Shown here: positions 18,707 through 28,657 of the stretch, piece by piece
Position numbering within the stretch: the stretch's first letter is position 1
Layout of the letters: each line of letters begins with the position of its first letter
IMG/VR virus record: IMGVR_UViG_3300002220_000233
Strand: one strand, 5' to 3'
Length of the DNA: 64,000 nt
Source: a virus
The notes under the pieces: generated by a model
Told to the model about the DNA's origin: nothing
Database searches by the model: none
The model's input: the letters and a program-made list of their open reading frames with translations, nothing else
Position numbers and translations under genes: made by a program

Positions 18707-21061
18707 TTACACCACTATTGGTATGGTTGTCTTAACTACGTCATCTGCATAAGGGATAAGGTTGCAGCTCCCGGACACACGTAGAACGATTTCCTCAAGG
18801 TGCAAAGTGTGCCCACCACCGTCGAATTCCATGACAACGTATGCCGTTATGGCTGCAGCAACATCCAAATAGGTAGTGTTAAGCAGGTATACCGTACCGT
18901 CTGCCGTTCCACCACCTATCTGTAACAGTGGAAATTGCCCGGACGTAGCCTCTACCTCAGCATGGCAGGCCAGCGCCTGGCCCAGAACATCATGTGACCA
19001 TGCCTTTGTCTTAATGTCATATACCAGAAAAACATTGGGGACTGTGGCAGTGGGCCCACTGACGATGCCCACGCGCAGGATCTGGTAGGTAGAGTCCCAA
19101 CTGATCCAGTGCTCCTTTTCGTATCCACGGCGTATGCACTTGCTGTCCTTGGGATCAAAGTAGTCTTGTATGGGCAAGGAGATCATGTCCAGACCCTTGC
19201 CGTCTGTCATGAAGACGCCGTCACGGCAGAGGAAATAGGCCGCGGTGATCTTGGTATCCGTCTGCGATAATCCACCCTGGCCCATGACGATCTTGCCACT
19301 GGTGGGCACATCCTCTACCACGATTGCTGACTTGGCTGAGAATGTTCCATGCAGGGTGGAGATAATGCGTTTACCGAACGTCTGGGCAGAGTAGCCCTCG
19401 ATGAGGGTCAGGCAACCGCCGTCCGTACCCCTTTCTTCCTGCCATACAAGCAACTCATTGTAGAAACGCTTGAGGCAAGTAACCTTGTTGTATCTACCGT
19501 CGCCTATATCCTGAAGGAAGAAGTCCTCTCCGTTAAGGCAGAAAGGGAGCTCGGTACCGGAGATGGCGACATAGCCCGGAATATACTCAAACGCATAAGC
19601 CACCCTGCGCTTGAATGTAGACAGAGCATAGCAGTCACCAAAGTCTGTCATGGTTTGATATGGCATGGTCTCAATCCCGATAACCATCCCTTCTGTAAGC
19701 GATGCCGAGAAGGACAACTCATACCAATGGGATTGGTAGTTGGATGACTGGAACATACCAGGCTCTTCGTTTGTGGGCCGCGTAAATGTCACCCATCCGT
19801 CTTTTGCAAGCGAAATGGACCCCACTGCAGTGCCATCAGATAGATTGGATACCGCAGTGAAGCTGGTACCGGATGCAGTGATACCATTGCTGTACTTAAC
19901 TGCCATGGTAGCGGCATTGGCATTGGGGGTGTATTGAACTGTTACGTAGAATGCCAGGCTTTGGTCGCTGCTGTTAAAGTATATCTTGTCGGAGGAAGTG
20001 ATAGCGTCCAGGGAAATGGCTGATCCTGCGTAGAATTCGTAATTGGTGGTGGCTGCGACATAGACATAGGCCTCTATGGCAGACAGGGGTATCCCATCCC
20101 AAACGTTCTGCATGGCAGTCCAGGATGATTCGTAGGTAACTTTGACAATATCCACGGAGGAATCCAGTGCCCCGGAGGCAAGAGACAATCGATACCAGTA
20201 ACCGGACTCACCAAAGAGGTAGTGAGGAACGTGATCAGCGGTCATGGTGAATGCCATCTGTCCGGTTTTGGCCAGGGTAGCACCAGCGGTGTCGGTTCCG
20301 TCAGCCCAGCCAGCAGAGGCCGCCGCCCACCCTCCATTCCAGTAGTGCATCTGGGCCACAGCTGCGCTCCCGTTTACATCTGACCCCATGGTAATGTTAA
20401 ATGCTCGTGCTGGGGTAAGGGTACGGATGAAGACGGCATCAAATTGAGCCAGCGTTCCAAGAGAATCCAGTACAGCTACCGTGGCAGTTTCGTCGTCTGT
20501 CACCTGCTTTGTGTAGTCTATCCCGGCGATGGGGATATTCGGGATGGCGGCGTCGCTCCTGTAGACGTAGAACCCGGCTACCGGGTACTGTTCACCGGAG
20601 TAGATGAACGGTCCCTCGGAACCGTCCGTGTACACCAGCATATCCCGGATGGTCGCCCAGGAGGCTGGCATCATGTTGGCAGGAGTGGTGGCGGCATGGA
20701 CGGATGATCCGAATGCCCCGGTGGTGACTGTGGGTGGATTGGCCGTGGCCTGCAGAACATCCCCATCCGACATCTGCGCAAAAGTCTTGACCTCGGCGCG
20801 CTTCCCCTTGCTGAAGCAGTAGGCGGTCATGACCTTATTGGTGCCGTCTGCCGTGGTATGCAACTTGGCTTGCCCCTTGCGCTTCTTAAAGCCGGGACGC
20901 ATGGGGCGCATGTTCTGGATGTCGGAGTAGGCTGCAAGGGGCAGTTGGTAGGTCTCGTGGACGATATCCATTCCGCCGTGGAAGGGAACCATGTCCATCT
21001 CGGGGATGACCCTGACGTCCTCTATTCCATGGGACATGTTGCGTAACTTTGGGTTTGCCAT
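18707..21061 (-). CDS. Tail nozzle / tubular-protein-B-like beta-propeller protein
   Basis: 784 aa, beta-rich; N-terminal P..GG..NM.P...G..KRKG pattern; follows adaptor gene. Confidence 0.65.
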   Translation of the reverse strand: MANPKLRNMSHGIEDVRVIPEMDMVPFHGGMDIVHETYQLPLAAYSDIQNMRPMRPGFKKRKGQAKLHTTADGTNKVMTAYCFSKGKRAEVKTFAQMSDGDVLQATANPPTVTTGAFGSSVHAATTPANMMPASWATIRDMLVYTDGSEGPFIYSGEQYPVAGFYVYRSDAAIPNIPIAGIDYTKQVTDDETATVAVLDSLGTLAQFDAVFIRTLTPARAFNITMGSDVNGSAAVAQMHYWNGGWAAASAGWADGTDTAGATLAKTGQMAFTMTADHVPHYLFGESGYWYRLSLASGALDSSVDIVKVTYESSWTAMQNVWDGIPLSAIEAYVYVAATTNYEFYAGSAISLDAITSSDKIYFNSSDQSLAFYVTVQYTPNANAATMAVKYSNGITASGTSFTAVSNLSDGTAVGSISLAKDGWVTFTRPTNEEPGMFQSSNYQSHWYELSFSASLTEGMVIGIETMPYQTMTDFGDCYALSTFKRRVAYAFEYIPGYVAISGTELPFCLNGEDFFLQDIGDGRYNKVTCLKRFYNELLVWQEERGTDGGCLTLIEGYSAQTFGKRIISTLHGTFSAKSAIVVEDVPTSGKIVMGQGGLSQTDTKITAAYFLCRDGVFMTDGKGLDMISLPIQDYFDPKDSKCIRRGYEKEHWISWDSTYQILRVGIVSGPTATVPNVFLVYDIKTKAWSHDVLGQALACHAEVEATSGQFPLLQIGGGTADGTVYLLNTTYLDVAAAITAYVVMEFDGGGHTLHLEEIVLRVSGSCNLIPYADDVVKTTIPIVV

Positions 21062-21981
21062 TACATTGCTCCATTCGGTGGAGATAAAACAATGTTGTGC
21101 CTCTGTGCCTTTATCATGTCACGCTTGATCCGGTCCTTGAGTGTGTTGAAATCTGCCTGGTGAATTTTTGACTTCTCAATGTTGAACGTGGATGGCCCTG
21201 ATTTCATGTAACATTTCGCCAGGATGCCATCGATGAGCTGCAGGTGGTACTGGAAGTTGATGGGAATTATCCACGTACCTGGAGTGGCTACCAATGCAGT
21301 GGTAAGCGGAGTGTCCTGCAGGCGGTACACAGTAAGAAGGAGTGAGCCGTTCTCGTCCGGCGCCGGGTCAAGGGTGATGTAGCCCTGGCGGTAGTCTGTC
21401 ATATATCGTAAGGGAGTGCCCACTGTTATCTGCTTGAGAATGAGGCGGTCGCCTGCCACCCGTGGAGTGAGAGTGTAGGATGCGTTGAGCGTAAGGCTGT
21501 ACTGGGCGACAGTGTCAACCTTGACGGTCTTGTTATTGGCGGAGGTGGCAGATCCGGTGATCTGGATGAAGCACCCGTCATAAAACCCGGCATCAATGAA
21601 GTCTGTAGTGGTTGAGGTAATAGCGCTGGTATCAAGAACGATGTCCACACCGGAGACAGAGTGGTCGTATCTCCACGTTGCCGAGTCTTCCTTGCGCTGG
21701 TGGTGGTTCGTCTGGATGAGGTCAATTGTCTGGCCGGATACTCTCGCGCTTACAACATAGAGGAAACGGGCATCGAATGCGTAGTCGCCGGTTCCGGCTG
21801 TGAGTGCTATCTCGGTGAGAAGGGTCGTAGTGGCATCCTGGAAATAGTCCGTCTCCCTGGCTATCTGGTCCATGCAGTTGTTGAAGTAGTCCACCATCTC
21901 CGCTTCTGTCCACTTGTAGGTGGCGGCTACTTCGTCATTGAGCCATCTGCGGCAGGCTGCGATCAATTCGGCGGCTGTCAT
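21061..21981 (-). CDS. Head-tail adaptor / tubular-protein-A-like
   Basis: MT..ELI...R..LND...W...E..DY.N; LTAGT..Y; L.P.PD patterns. Confidence 0.7.
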   Translation of the reverse strand: MTAAELIAACRRWLNDEVAATYKWTEAEMVDYFNNCMDQIARETDYFQDATTTLLTEIALTAGTGDYAFDARFLYVVSARVSGQTIDLIQTNHHQRKEDSATWRYDHSVSGVDIVLDTSAITSTTTDFIDAGFYDGCFIQITGSATSANNKTVKVDTVAQYSLTLNASYTLTPRVAGDRLILKQITVGTPLRYMTDYRQGYITLDPAPDENGSLLLTVYRLQDTPLTTALVATPGTWIIPINFQYHLQLIDGILAKCYMKSGPSTFNIEKSKIHQADFNTLKDRIKRDMIKAQRHNIVLSPPNGAM

Positions 21982-21990
21982 TGGCGCCTC

Positions 21991-22284
21991 CTATTTCTTC
22001 TTTGATTTCTTGGACTTACTTGCTTTGTCAAGAGCAATGGCCACCGCCTGTTTTTGCGGACGGCCAGACTCCTTCAGCCCCTTGATGTTTTTGCTGATAA
22101 CCTTTTTGGATGAACCTTTCTTGAGTGGCATTGGCTCCTCCTTCTCCAGCTTCTTAACCTCTGCTGGCATTTTGGTTTCCTTTAACTCCTCGATAACAAC
22201 AGGGACGTCGACCTCCTTGTTGCAAATAGGGCAACGCTCAAGGCCATCTGCTATTTCAGTCCTGCATCGCTTGCATGTATACAT
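21991..22284 (-). CDS. Zinc-ribbon protein with basic C-terminal MPLKKG module (possible second start at 22131)
   Basis: CKRC..CPIC; MPLKKGSSKKVISKNI..QAVAIAL. Confidence 0.65.
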   Translation of the reverse strand: MYTCKRCRTEIADGLERCPICNKEVDVPVVIEELKETKMPAEVKKLEKEEPMPLKKGSSKKVISKNIKGLKESGRPQKQAVAIALDKASKSKKSKKK

Positions 22285-22344
22285 GGCCTGCCTCCTTGTA
22301 GTTTGTAAAAATGCCCGGATTGCCCGCCGGGCTCGGGGTTAAGG

Positions 22345-23292
22345 TTAAGAGGTCATAACAACCTTGATGGGGATCTCGCCACTGCGTCCTGTTGCCGTGG
22401 TGATAAAGTTACCTACTGCGAGTGCTTCGTTCCAATCGCAGGCGTTGGCGACCACAAGGTCAGCCGTTGCCGTGATGATGCGGTTGTTGACAAAAGCCAC
22501 ATCGTCAGAGTCATCATCAAAGGCCAACCCGGAAGTCACCCGGACATAATTGTCGCTGACGACACTGCCCTGAAGCGTTCCATTGGCGATAGCTACACCC
22601 TTGGTTGCGAAGATCCAGTTGTTTTTGATAGCCAGGTCATGGATAGACGCGGTGCCTTCGATGGAGATAGCCACTGCGAAGATGGAGGTCGTAAGCGCCC
22701 CAGCAGAGGTAAGGAACTTGCACCCCTCGATAAGAACATGAGCGCTGTCGGTGATCTCCAAGGCCTTCGTGTTACCTGCGGTTGCAGCTGTGAAGGTACA
22801 CCCAAGGAACTGGAGGCCATGGCAGCCTGCAGGGATAACAAAGAGATCGCCGGTCCCGGTAGCCTGGAAGCCCATGTTGATGAAGCGACAGGCGACCTTG
22901 GCAAGAGAAATGGCATGGGCGCCGATCACGCGGGGGAACGGGTAGAGGTCCGATCCCAGGCCGATAATATCGCACTTCTCGGGAAGCACGGTCAGGGATT
23001 CGGTAATCCCATCGCCAACCACGAAGATCCTGTTGCGCCGTGCCCACCACCGATTTACACTGAGCCCGATAGAAGCATTGGACGCAGTGATGGCCGCAGC
23101 AATGGTCGCGAACGCACTGCCCCAACTAAGGCCGTCCTTCGTGGCGTTTGCTGTATTAAGGTCAACGTAATAATCAAGCCCACCCGAAGGGTTTGCGCCA
23201 GGGGTAATGATCTGGCCGTAAGGATTGACTATTTTGTTTACCACTAATTCGTTAACACTAAATTGTTCATATCTCATGATTCTGTCCTCCAA
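22345..23292 (-). CDS. Right-handed beta-helix (pectin-lyase-fold) virion protein
   Basis: YYVD...DGLSW..AFATI..AI motif followed by I..N repeats. Confidence 0.7.
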   Translation of the reverse strand: MEDRIMRYEQFSVNELVVNKIVNPYGQIITPGANPSGGLDYYVDLNTANATKDGLSWGSAFATIAAAITASNASIGLSVNRWWARRNRIFVVGDGITESLTVLPEKCDIIGLGSDLYPFPRVIGAHAISLAKVACRFINMGFQATGTGDLFVIPAGCHGLQFLGCTFTAATAGNTKALEITDSAHVLIEGCKFLTSAGALTTSIFAVAISIEGTASIHDLAIKNNWIFATKGVAIANGTLQGSVVSDNYVRVTSGLAFDDDSDDVAFVNNRIITATADLVVANACDWNEALAVGNFITTATGRSGEIPIKVVMTS

Positions 23293-23346
23293 GGAAAGTC
23301 GAGGGGGGAATGAGCGTGGGGCCTACCCCCCTCTACCAGTTTAAGA

Positions 23347-23817
23347 TCAGTCAAAGAAAATACACGCGGCGTACACATCAAACACAGCTGCATCAATGTC
23401 CGCAGCGGTCGCGAACAGAAGATCCAGGGTGTCTGCTGCTGCGTAGGTCCGACCACAGGTCGCACCATAGGCATCAGTTGTCAGCGTCATCTTGGAAGCC
23501 ACCGCGTTGATGGAGAAAGCAGCCAGATACCCGGCTGTGGAATCGCCATCGCCAACAGCGACAGTCGCAGTTGCACCTTCGGCCGTGGTCACGTCAACCT
23601 TGACGGAGAGAATGTGTGTCCCGGCAGGGATGTCCCAAAGTTGGATAACATCCGATGCCGATCCATCGATAGTAGCCGCAAGTTCTTCGGCTATTGCTGC
23701 CATGTCAACATGGAATTTCATCACAGAGAACCGGCCAAAGCCGTCTCCACTCGTACCCCACGCAGGCTGACTCCCAACAAATTGGGCCAAGCTGGTTGCA
23801 TCATGGGTTGTTGCCAT
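23347..23817 (-). CDS. Capsid decoration/cement-like protein
   Basis: 156 aa directly after capsid gene; DVIQLWDIPAGT..V.VGD. Confidence 0.65.
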   Translation of the reverse strand: MATTHDATSLAQFVGSQPAWGTSGDGFGRFSVMKFHVDMAAIAEELAATIDGSASDVIQLWDIPAGTHILSVKVDVTTAEGATATVAVGDGDSTAGYLAAFSINAVASKMTLTTDAYGATCGRTYAAADTLDLLFATAADIDAAVFDVYAACIFFD

Positions 23818-23844
23818 AGTTATTTGTCCTCCTTTCTATAGAGT

Positions 23845-24726
23845 TTACTTGCGCGCGTAAAGAAGCCCGATGGCTTCGGTTTTGATTACTTTGTAACCAT
23901 ACACATGCAGACCGCGGACCAGGTCCCCAAAGGTGGATTCCGCACGCAGCGTTTCCATCTTTGTAAACTGGGAGGCGAAGGTAATCGCATGGTTGGTTCC
24001 AAAGGGAATCCAGTATGCCGTGAAGGAACCATCGGCTGCACTGTACAGGTTGTTGGACTTGTACAGGGTGCAATTTGCGATGATGCCCAGGCGACCGTTA
24101 CGCATGATTGAAGTACCGTCTCCCGTAAGGGAGGCGTCCTTCAGGTCGGATTTCTGGATCAAATTGGCGAACCAGTGAGGGATCACCATCCAGCGACCCG
24201 ACTCGGGAACGTTCTGCTCGTCCAGAACGGTCATGCAGTCGACGATGTACTCGAGCACATTCGTCTTGGTGATCTGCACGGGAGACCCGGACGCTCCAAG
24301 ATTAAACGAACTGGTTACAACGCCAGCGGTAGCGCCTGCATTGTTTGCGGAACCGGGAAACGTACCGGCAGTGCCGTATGTACATGCTGTCAGAACCTGA
24401 GAATCAACGTAGATCTTCTGTTGCTCAGCTGCGTCCTGAGAAAACATGTTCATAAGGCGAAGGTCCGCCTGATAAGCATCAACATCGTCGCATGTGAACG
24501 CGAAATAGTTTCCTTTGTCGATGAGGAGCTCCGTGGCAATACTTTCGGGCCGCTCGTAAACAAGCTTCTGCCCTTTCTGGTACGGATTAATCGCGATAGA
24601 CGGGATCGTCCTGATGATAACCTTATCACCCTGGTCCTTGATCTCACCCTCGTAATCCGTATTTGAAATAGCAGTCCATACGGTAGCTTTGTAAAACTTT
24701 TCCAGCAACTTCTTGGACCATATCTC
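23845..24726 (-). CDS. Major capsid protein, exon 2
   Basis: EIWSKKLLEKFY..NTDYEGEIKDQGDKVII..VPESGRW..GLHVYGYKV (P22-coat-like HK97 fold). Confidence 0.9.
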   Translation of the reverse strand, partial: EIWSKKLLEKFYKATVWTAISNTDYEGEIKDQGDKVIIRTIPSIAINPYQKGQKLVYERPESIATELLIDKGNYFAFTCDDVDAYQADLRLMNMFSQDAAEQQKIYVDSQVLTACTYGTAGTFPGSANNAGATAGVVTSSFNLGASGSPVQITKTNVLEYIVDCMTVLDEQNVPESGRWMVIPHWFANLIQKSDLKDASLTGDGTSIMRNGRLGIIANCTLYKSNNLYSAADGSFTAYWIPFGTNHAITFASQFTKMETLRAESTFGDLVRGLHVYGYKVIKTEAIGLLYARK

Positions 24727-25344
24727 CAATAACGCGCAATGACGTTATCTGACTATCGCATCAGTGGCAAACAGACTTTTAATCTGCGCCACCGCTCTTT
24801 CACTTAGTCGATGCGGGTCTTTTTTCATGGCCTTCAGTTCGTCAACTCCAAAGCGCCTTACCTCGTCGGTGACATGCTTCCCACCAATATTATCAAGCCA
24901 CCAAATTGCAAATCTTATCTGTTGCTGCTTGATAACAGTATGGTTGACGATATTCTGTAAGAATTTTCGCAGAGCGGTGCTTCCAGTAAGACACCAGGTA
25001 TAAGGGGTTTGCCAGTTCGGGTTATCCCATTGGCGTTCCTTTGTCCCGTCCCAGGTTCCACTATAATTGGCGATGAACTGGGGGATCAAGAATTTCCCGG
25101 CTGGCCCGGACAATGTAAGCCTGAATCTCGGCCTGCAGTAATAAACCCCATTGTCCTTATTTACGCTTCCCTGCATGTCTATGCACCCTTCTCCGTCTAC
25201 TAATCCTGCCATGTATTTCCAGCTATATCGCTTCATGGATTCCTCCGAACTGCCTAGCTGTACTTAAAGTTCCCTCTGGTTTCGGCACCTTACGTCCGAT
25301 TCCAGTTGTTCAGAAAGAGTTTTACATCCCCAAAATTATAGGTT
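24727..25344 (-). ncRNA. Group I self-splicing intron (618 nt) in the major capsid gene
   Basis: Exon ends in U; P1 CAUCCCU/GGGGAUG with U-G wobble; P3 CUCUUUC/GAAAGAG; P7 GACUA/UAGUC; P9 AUAACG/CGUUAU; terminal G; splicing restores FIP|EIWS. Confidence 0.88.
24745..25236 (-). CDS. Intron-encoded LAGLIDADG homing endonuclease (single motif)
   Basis: YMAGLVDGEGCI; GGAGG RBS; lies inside the intron. Confidence 0.9.
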   Translation of the reverse strand: MKRYSWKYMAGLVDGEGCIDMQGSVNKDNGVYYCRPRFRLTLSGPAGKFLIPQFIANYSGTWDGTKERQWDNPNWQTPYTWCLTGSTALRKFLQNIVNHTVIKQQQIRFAIWWLDNIGGKHVTDEVRRFGVDELKAMKKDPHRLSERAVAQIKSLFATDAIVR

Positions 25345-25410
25345 AGGGATGAACTTGCTGGCTCCTGCCGCTGTATAATCGGGATGCCCCGCAACGCGTG
25401 TTAAAGACAT
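25345..25410 (-). CDS. Major capsid protein, exon 1 (MSLTRVAGHPDYTAAGASKFIP)
   Basis: AAAGGA RBS after scaffold stop; 22 codons joining exon 2 in frame (315 aa total). Confidence 0.85.
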
Positions 25411-25423
25411 TGTTATTTCCTTT

Positions 25424-26359
25424 CTACCGGACCTTGCCCTCGCGCACCAACTTAAAGACCCTTGCCTCTATTTTTGCAAATTCGTCGTCAGTGTACTGAC
25501 CCTTCATCCGGCTTTCATATAGTTTATCGATTTCTTGCCTCGTTATGAATCCCTTCTGCGTGCTGGAAGAGGGAGTCGGGTTTCCAGCAGTAGAGGGCGA
25601 CATGTTCGCGTTTCGCTTCTGTGGCGAAGGCGCAGATTGGGAAGGCTCGCCAGCATCGGAAAGCAGCCCTGACTCACGCGCAAAATCTTCGTAAAGGTTC
25701 TTCACAACGTTATGGTCACGTCGTGAGTCTGCAGCTACGAGAAGTTGATAGCGCTGCGTTCCAGTATATCTGTCGGTTACCTCTAGCCATTTTGCAAAAT
25801 CCGGGGACTCCTTGATTTCCCGCCACTTTGGAAATTTTGAATCCAGCTCGGTAATATACTTTTCCTGCTGGATATTTGCCGCAACATTGGTTACGGCATC
25901 GACCCCCCTGGAAAAATCCTGTTCCTTCTTTTTCAGCAACGCCTGAACGCCTTTGAACACATTAGGGTATTGGGTTTTGAAGAAAGCAAGATCCTCTTCC
26001 CCCGGGGCAAGCGCTAGTTCCGGTTCGTCTACTGCAGGTGACGGCTTCCTTGCGGCAAGCTCAGCTGCCAGACGTTCCTTTTCTTGCAAGGCAGATGAAA
26101 GCAATTGGTTCATCCTTTCCAGCTCAACCTTGCGCCTTCCCTCTGATGCCTTAAGTTTCTGTTCTATGTCGTCAGGTTTTTCCTGCGGCTCGGGCTGGTC
26201 GTTTTCTTGTTCCCCCCCGCCACTATCCACAGTATCTTCAGACTCGTCCTTCAGCATTTCGGCAAGCGGATCCTCTTCCTTCTGTGCTTCGGAGCCAGGT
26301 TTGCCATAGGCTTGGTGATAGGCCTCATCTGCGTCTTTTCCCAAATCTTGTACGTCCAT
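25424..26359 (-). CDS. Capsid scaffolding protein
   Basis: Acidic coiled coil, PKW.EI..SPDF..WL, C-terminal REGKVR; directly upstream of capsid gene. Confidence 0.75.
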   Translation of the reverse strand: MDVQDLGKDADEAYHQAYGKPGSEAQKEEDPLAEMLKDESEDTVDSGGGEQENDQPEPQEKPDDIEQKLKASEGRRKVELERMNQLLSSALQEKERLAAELAARKPSPAVDEPELALAPGEEDLAFFKTQYPNVFKGVQALLKKKEQDFSRGVDAVTNVAANIQQEKYITELDSKFPKWREIKESPDFAKWLEVTDRYTGTQRYQLLVAADSRRDHNVVKNLYEDFARESGLLSDAGEPSQSAPSPQKRNANMSPSTAGNPTPSSSTQKGFITRQEIDKLYESRMKGQYTDDEFAKIEARVFKLVREGKVR

Positions 26360-26412
26360 TGTGATTCCTTTCTGGGAGCTATTAGGTCCCGGTTACAAAA
26401 CGAGCAAGATGG

Positions 26413-26706
26413 TCATCGAGCACCTGGTCGCTTTGAATACTTTTTAAGCAATTGGATTTCCTTGTCAGCGGTTTCCAATAACTTAATAATCTCTGATAGT
26501 TGCACGCACTTTCCTTGCATCCACCGAATTGAAACATCATCTTTTATGGATACCAGCTGTGTCATCATTGCTGTAAGTGTATCTGCGAGGTGGGCAACAA
26601 GCACCTTCCCATCTTCGCTAAGGTATATTCTTAATACAGACTCCAACAACTCTTCTGATTTTGCTGTTTCCACAATTAATTCCCCTCGATGGGCTGCATT
26701 ATACAC
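26413..26706 (-). CDS. Hypothetical head-region protein
   Basis: Helical ORF with RWMQG motif upstream of scaffold. Confidence 0.55.
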   Translation of the reverse strand: MYNAAHRGELIVETAKSEELLESVLRIYLSEDGKVLVAHLADTLTAMMTQLVSIKDDVSIRWMQGKCVQLSEIIKLLETADKEIQLLKKYSKRPGAR

Positions 26707-26745
26707 ATTCTATTTCGTGATGTATAGCCATTTCTCTATTGTTTT

Positions 26746-26916
26746 TTACGCACCCGGGATCTTCGCTGGGTCACGCTCCATCATCATCTTTTTGGCTTCC
26801 TGAAACGCTGCTTCAATCTGCGCTTCGGTAAGCCCTGCCTGCCGCATGTAGGCGAAAATGGTTGCCAGGGCCAGCTTCGCCAATTCGGATATTGCCAATA
26901 CGGTTGTCGGGTCCAT
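26746..26916 (-). CDS. Small protein (56 aa, MDPTTVLAISELAK...)
   Basis: Read manually; GGAGG RBS; follows lipoprotein gene. Confidence 0.55.
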   Translation of the reverse strand: MDPTTVLAISELAKLALATIFAYMRQAGLTEAQIEAAFQEAKKMMMERDPAKIPGA

Positions 26917-26920
26917 AATA

Positions 26921-27268
26921 TTATTTACCTCCTATCGCGAGCGCTGTAAGTTGGTTAATGAGTCCGGAAAGGGTCGCTTCCATTTCCGCTGACGGCGTTG
27001 CTCCACCTTCCACAGTCGCCACGTAGACCTTTAACAGCGGCCAGATCTGTGTCAGGATAGCCTTCTTCTGCAGAGCGATGTTCTTCTGTTCCGGCGTGGC
27101 CAGGGGATTCTGCATGGTCAGCATGGTGTCGTCGTAGGTGGAGTTATACACCTGCATCCATACAGTAGCGTTCTGCTTGGGCGTGAGCTTGGAGCCTCCG
27201 TTGGTGGCGCAGCCTATCAGGACGATAAGCAGCAGTAGGACAAAAATCTGAATCTGTCGTCTATACAT
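26921..27268 (-). CDS. Lipoprotein (possible spanin/lysis accessory)
   Basis: Signal peptide ending LIG-C; in lysis cluster. Confidence 0.65.
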   Translation of the reverse strand: MYRRQIQIFVLLLLIVLIGCATNGGSKLTPKQNATVWMQVYNSTYDDTMLTMQNPLATPEQKNIALQKKAILTQIWPLLKVYVATVEGGATPSAEMEATLSGLINQLTALAIGGK

Positions 27269-27578
27269 TGTCTTTCCCTCCTTCTGTTGGTTCACATTTC
27301 TGTATCGGTTTTGTGTTGTCGATAACCTTTTCCGCTTTTATCTCAGCAGCTTCCACGGCTGCTATCTGCACCGGAGTCAATGGCTGCGTTCCCTTGCTTG
27401 ACGAGCCCCAGTAGTAGCCAACCATCACGCCAATGATACCGAGGAAATATGGAACAATCATGTCGGCGAGCTTGATGCCTGACTCCGGTATGGGGAGAAA
27501 CGTCGCTGCGGCTAAATACCCAATAATAAGAACGAGGATAAATACCGCTACCTTCATTCCACTACTCAGGTTGTTCAC
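27261..27578 (-). CDS. Holin-like membrane protein
   Basis: Two TM segments then GYYWGSS; adjacent to endolysin. Confidence 0.65.
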   Translation of the reverse strand: MNNLSSGMKVAVFILVLIIGYLAAATFLPIPESGIKLADMIVPYFLGIIGVMVGYYWGSSSKGTQPLTPVQIAAVEAAEIKAEKVIDNTKPIQKCEPTEGGKDNV

Positions 27579-27579
27579 G

Positions 27580-28026
27580 TCAACCTCCTATCTGCGTTTT
27601 CAGCCCGTTCACGAAGCCCATCATGGGGAATAACTTACCGGGACAAGATTTCACTGCATAATGCGAGTGCGGCTGGATGTTGGTCAGCGGGATCTCCAGC
27701 AGCTTGACGATCGGAGCCAGCACGCGGATCGCCCTCAGGATCATGGCATCAGGCGGCGGGACCTCGTCAAAGTTTCCCACGAAGCATACTCCGATAGAGG
27801 AGTTATTCATGCCGACTGTGTGAGCACCAGCCCTGTCTATCGGCCTGCCAGCGATAACTTCGTAATAGCCGTCAACGATCTCTACGCCAAAATGATAGCC
27901 AATGTCATTCCACCTGTAGGGGCTTTGGGGATGTTCCCCTATGTGCCACTTACGAATCGCTGTCCACGATACTGTGCCAGAATCCTTTGTCGCTGAGTGG
28001 TGGATTATCATGTGCGTCGGTTTCAT
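27580..28026 (-). CDS. Endolysin, N-acetylmuramoyl-L-alanine amidase (Amidase_2/T7 lysozyme-like)
   Basis: IIHHSAT, DIGYHF, GAHTVGMN.SSIGVCFVGNF, H....KSCPG. Confidence 0.9.
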   Translation of the reverse strand: MKPTHMIIHHSATKDSGTVSWTAIRKWHIGEHPQSPYRWNDIGYHFGVEIVDGYYEVIAGRPIDRAGAHTVGMNNSSIGVCFVGNFDEVPPPDAMILRAIRVLAPIVKLLEIPLTNIQPHSHYAVKSCPGKLFPMMGFVNGLKTQIGG

Positions 28027-28271
28027 TTTTCCTCTTTCATTACTTTGTCGATTACGCGCTTTGACCCGTACGTCCATAGGATTCCGGCAATAATCGTTGT
28101 GCCGATCAGAACGCAGAAGCCTTTCGCGGAGTCCATAAATTTCCAGAATTTCTCTTTCATCCGGCTATAACCTCCACGCATTGGGCCAGAACAGGCACAT
28201 TTGCCTCGGGAAGACCACGCCGATCCGCATCCACCGCCAGTATAAAGTTATGTTATCCCGGATGATGTCGT

Positions 28272-28463
28272 TCATCTGCCGACCCTTATCTGGTCCACTG
28301 AACCAAGGATGCCGAAGACTGACAACAGCCACAGGATCGTAGCGATCACCACCACGGCGATCATGATCTTTTTAATTGTCGCTTCCATTGGGATATAGGT
28401 TATGGCTACCCACAAAGCCAGGCCGATCACCGCTAAGATAATGATTAAATTGATAACTGGCAT
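28272..28463 (-). CDS. Small two-TM membrane protein (Thivi_2564-like)
   Basis: LIIILAVIGLALW..YIPM...IK.I...VVVIA..LWLL. Confidence 0.65.
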   Translation of the reverse strand: MPVINLIIILAVIGLALWVAITYIPMEATIKKIMIAVVVIATILWLLSVFGILGSVDQIRVGR

Positions 28464-28657
28464 GGTATCCTCCTTACTTCTTCGTCTTTCTTACCTTTGC
28501 GATCAATCGCAGAATCTCCTCATCAGCATAGTCCGACAGAATGATGAGTGTCCACCGGAGCACTTCCTTAATCTGCGCGATGTTAACCTGGACCTTCTTG
28601 CCTTCCTTCGCGGCGATATGGGCCGCCAGCATGTTTCTGTTGATCATATGCACCTCC

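Noticed and set aside
23845..24729. Capsid gene starting at TTG 24729 with a free-standing endonuclease upstream
   Set aside because: No RBS, the conserved N-terminus is missing, and intron structure explains the gap
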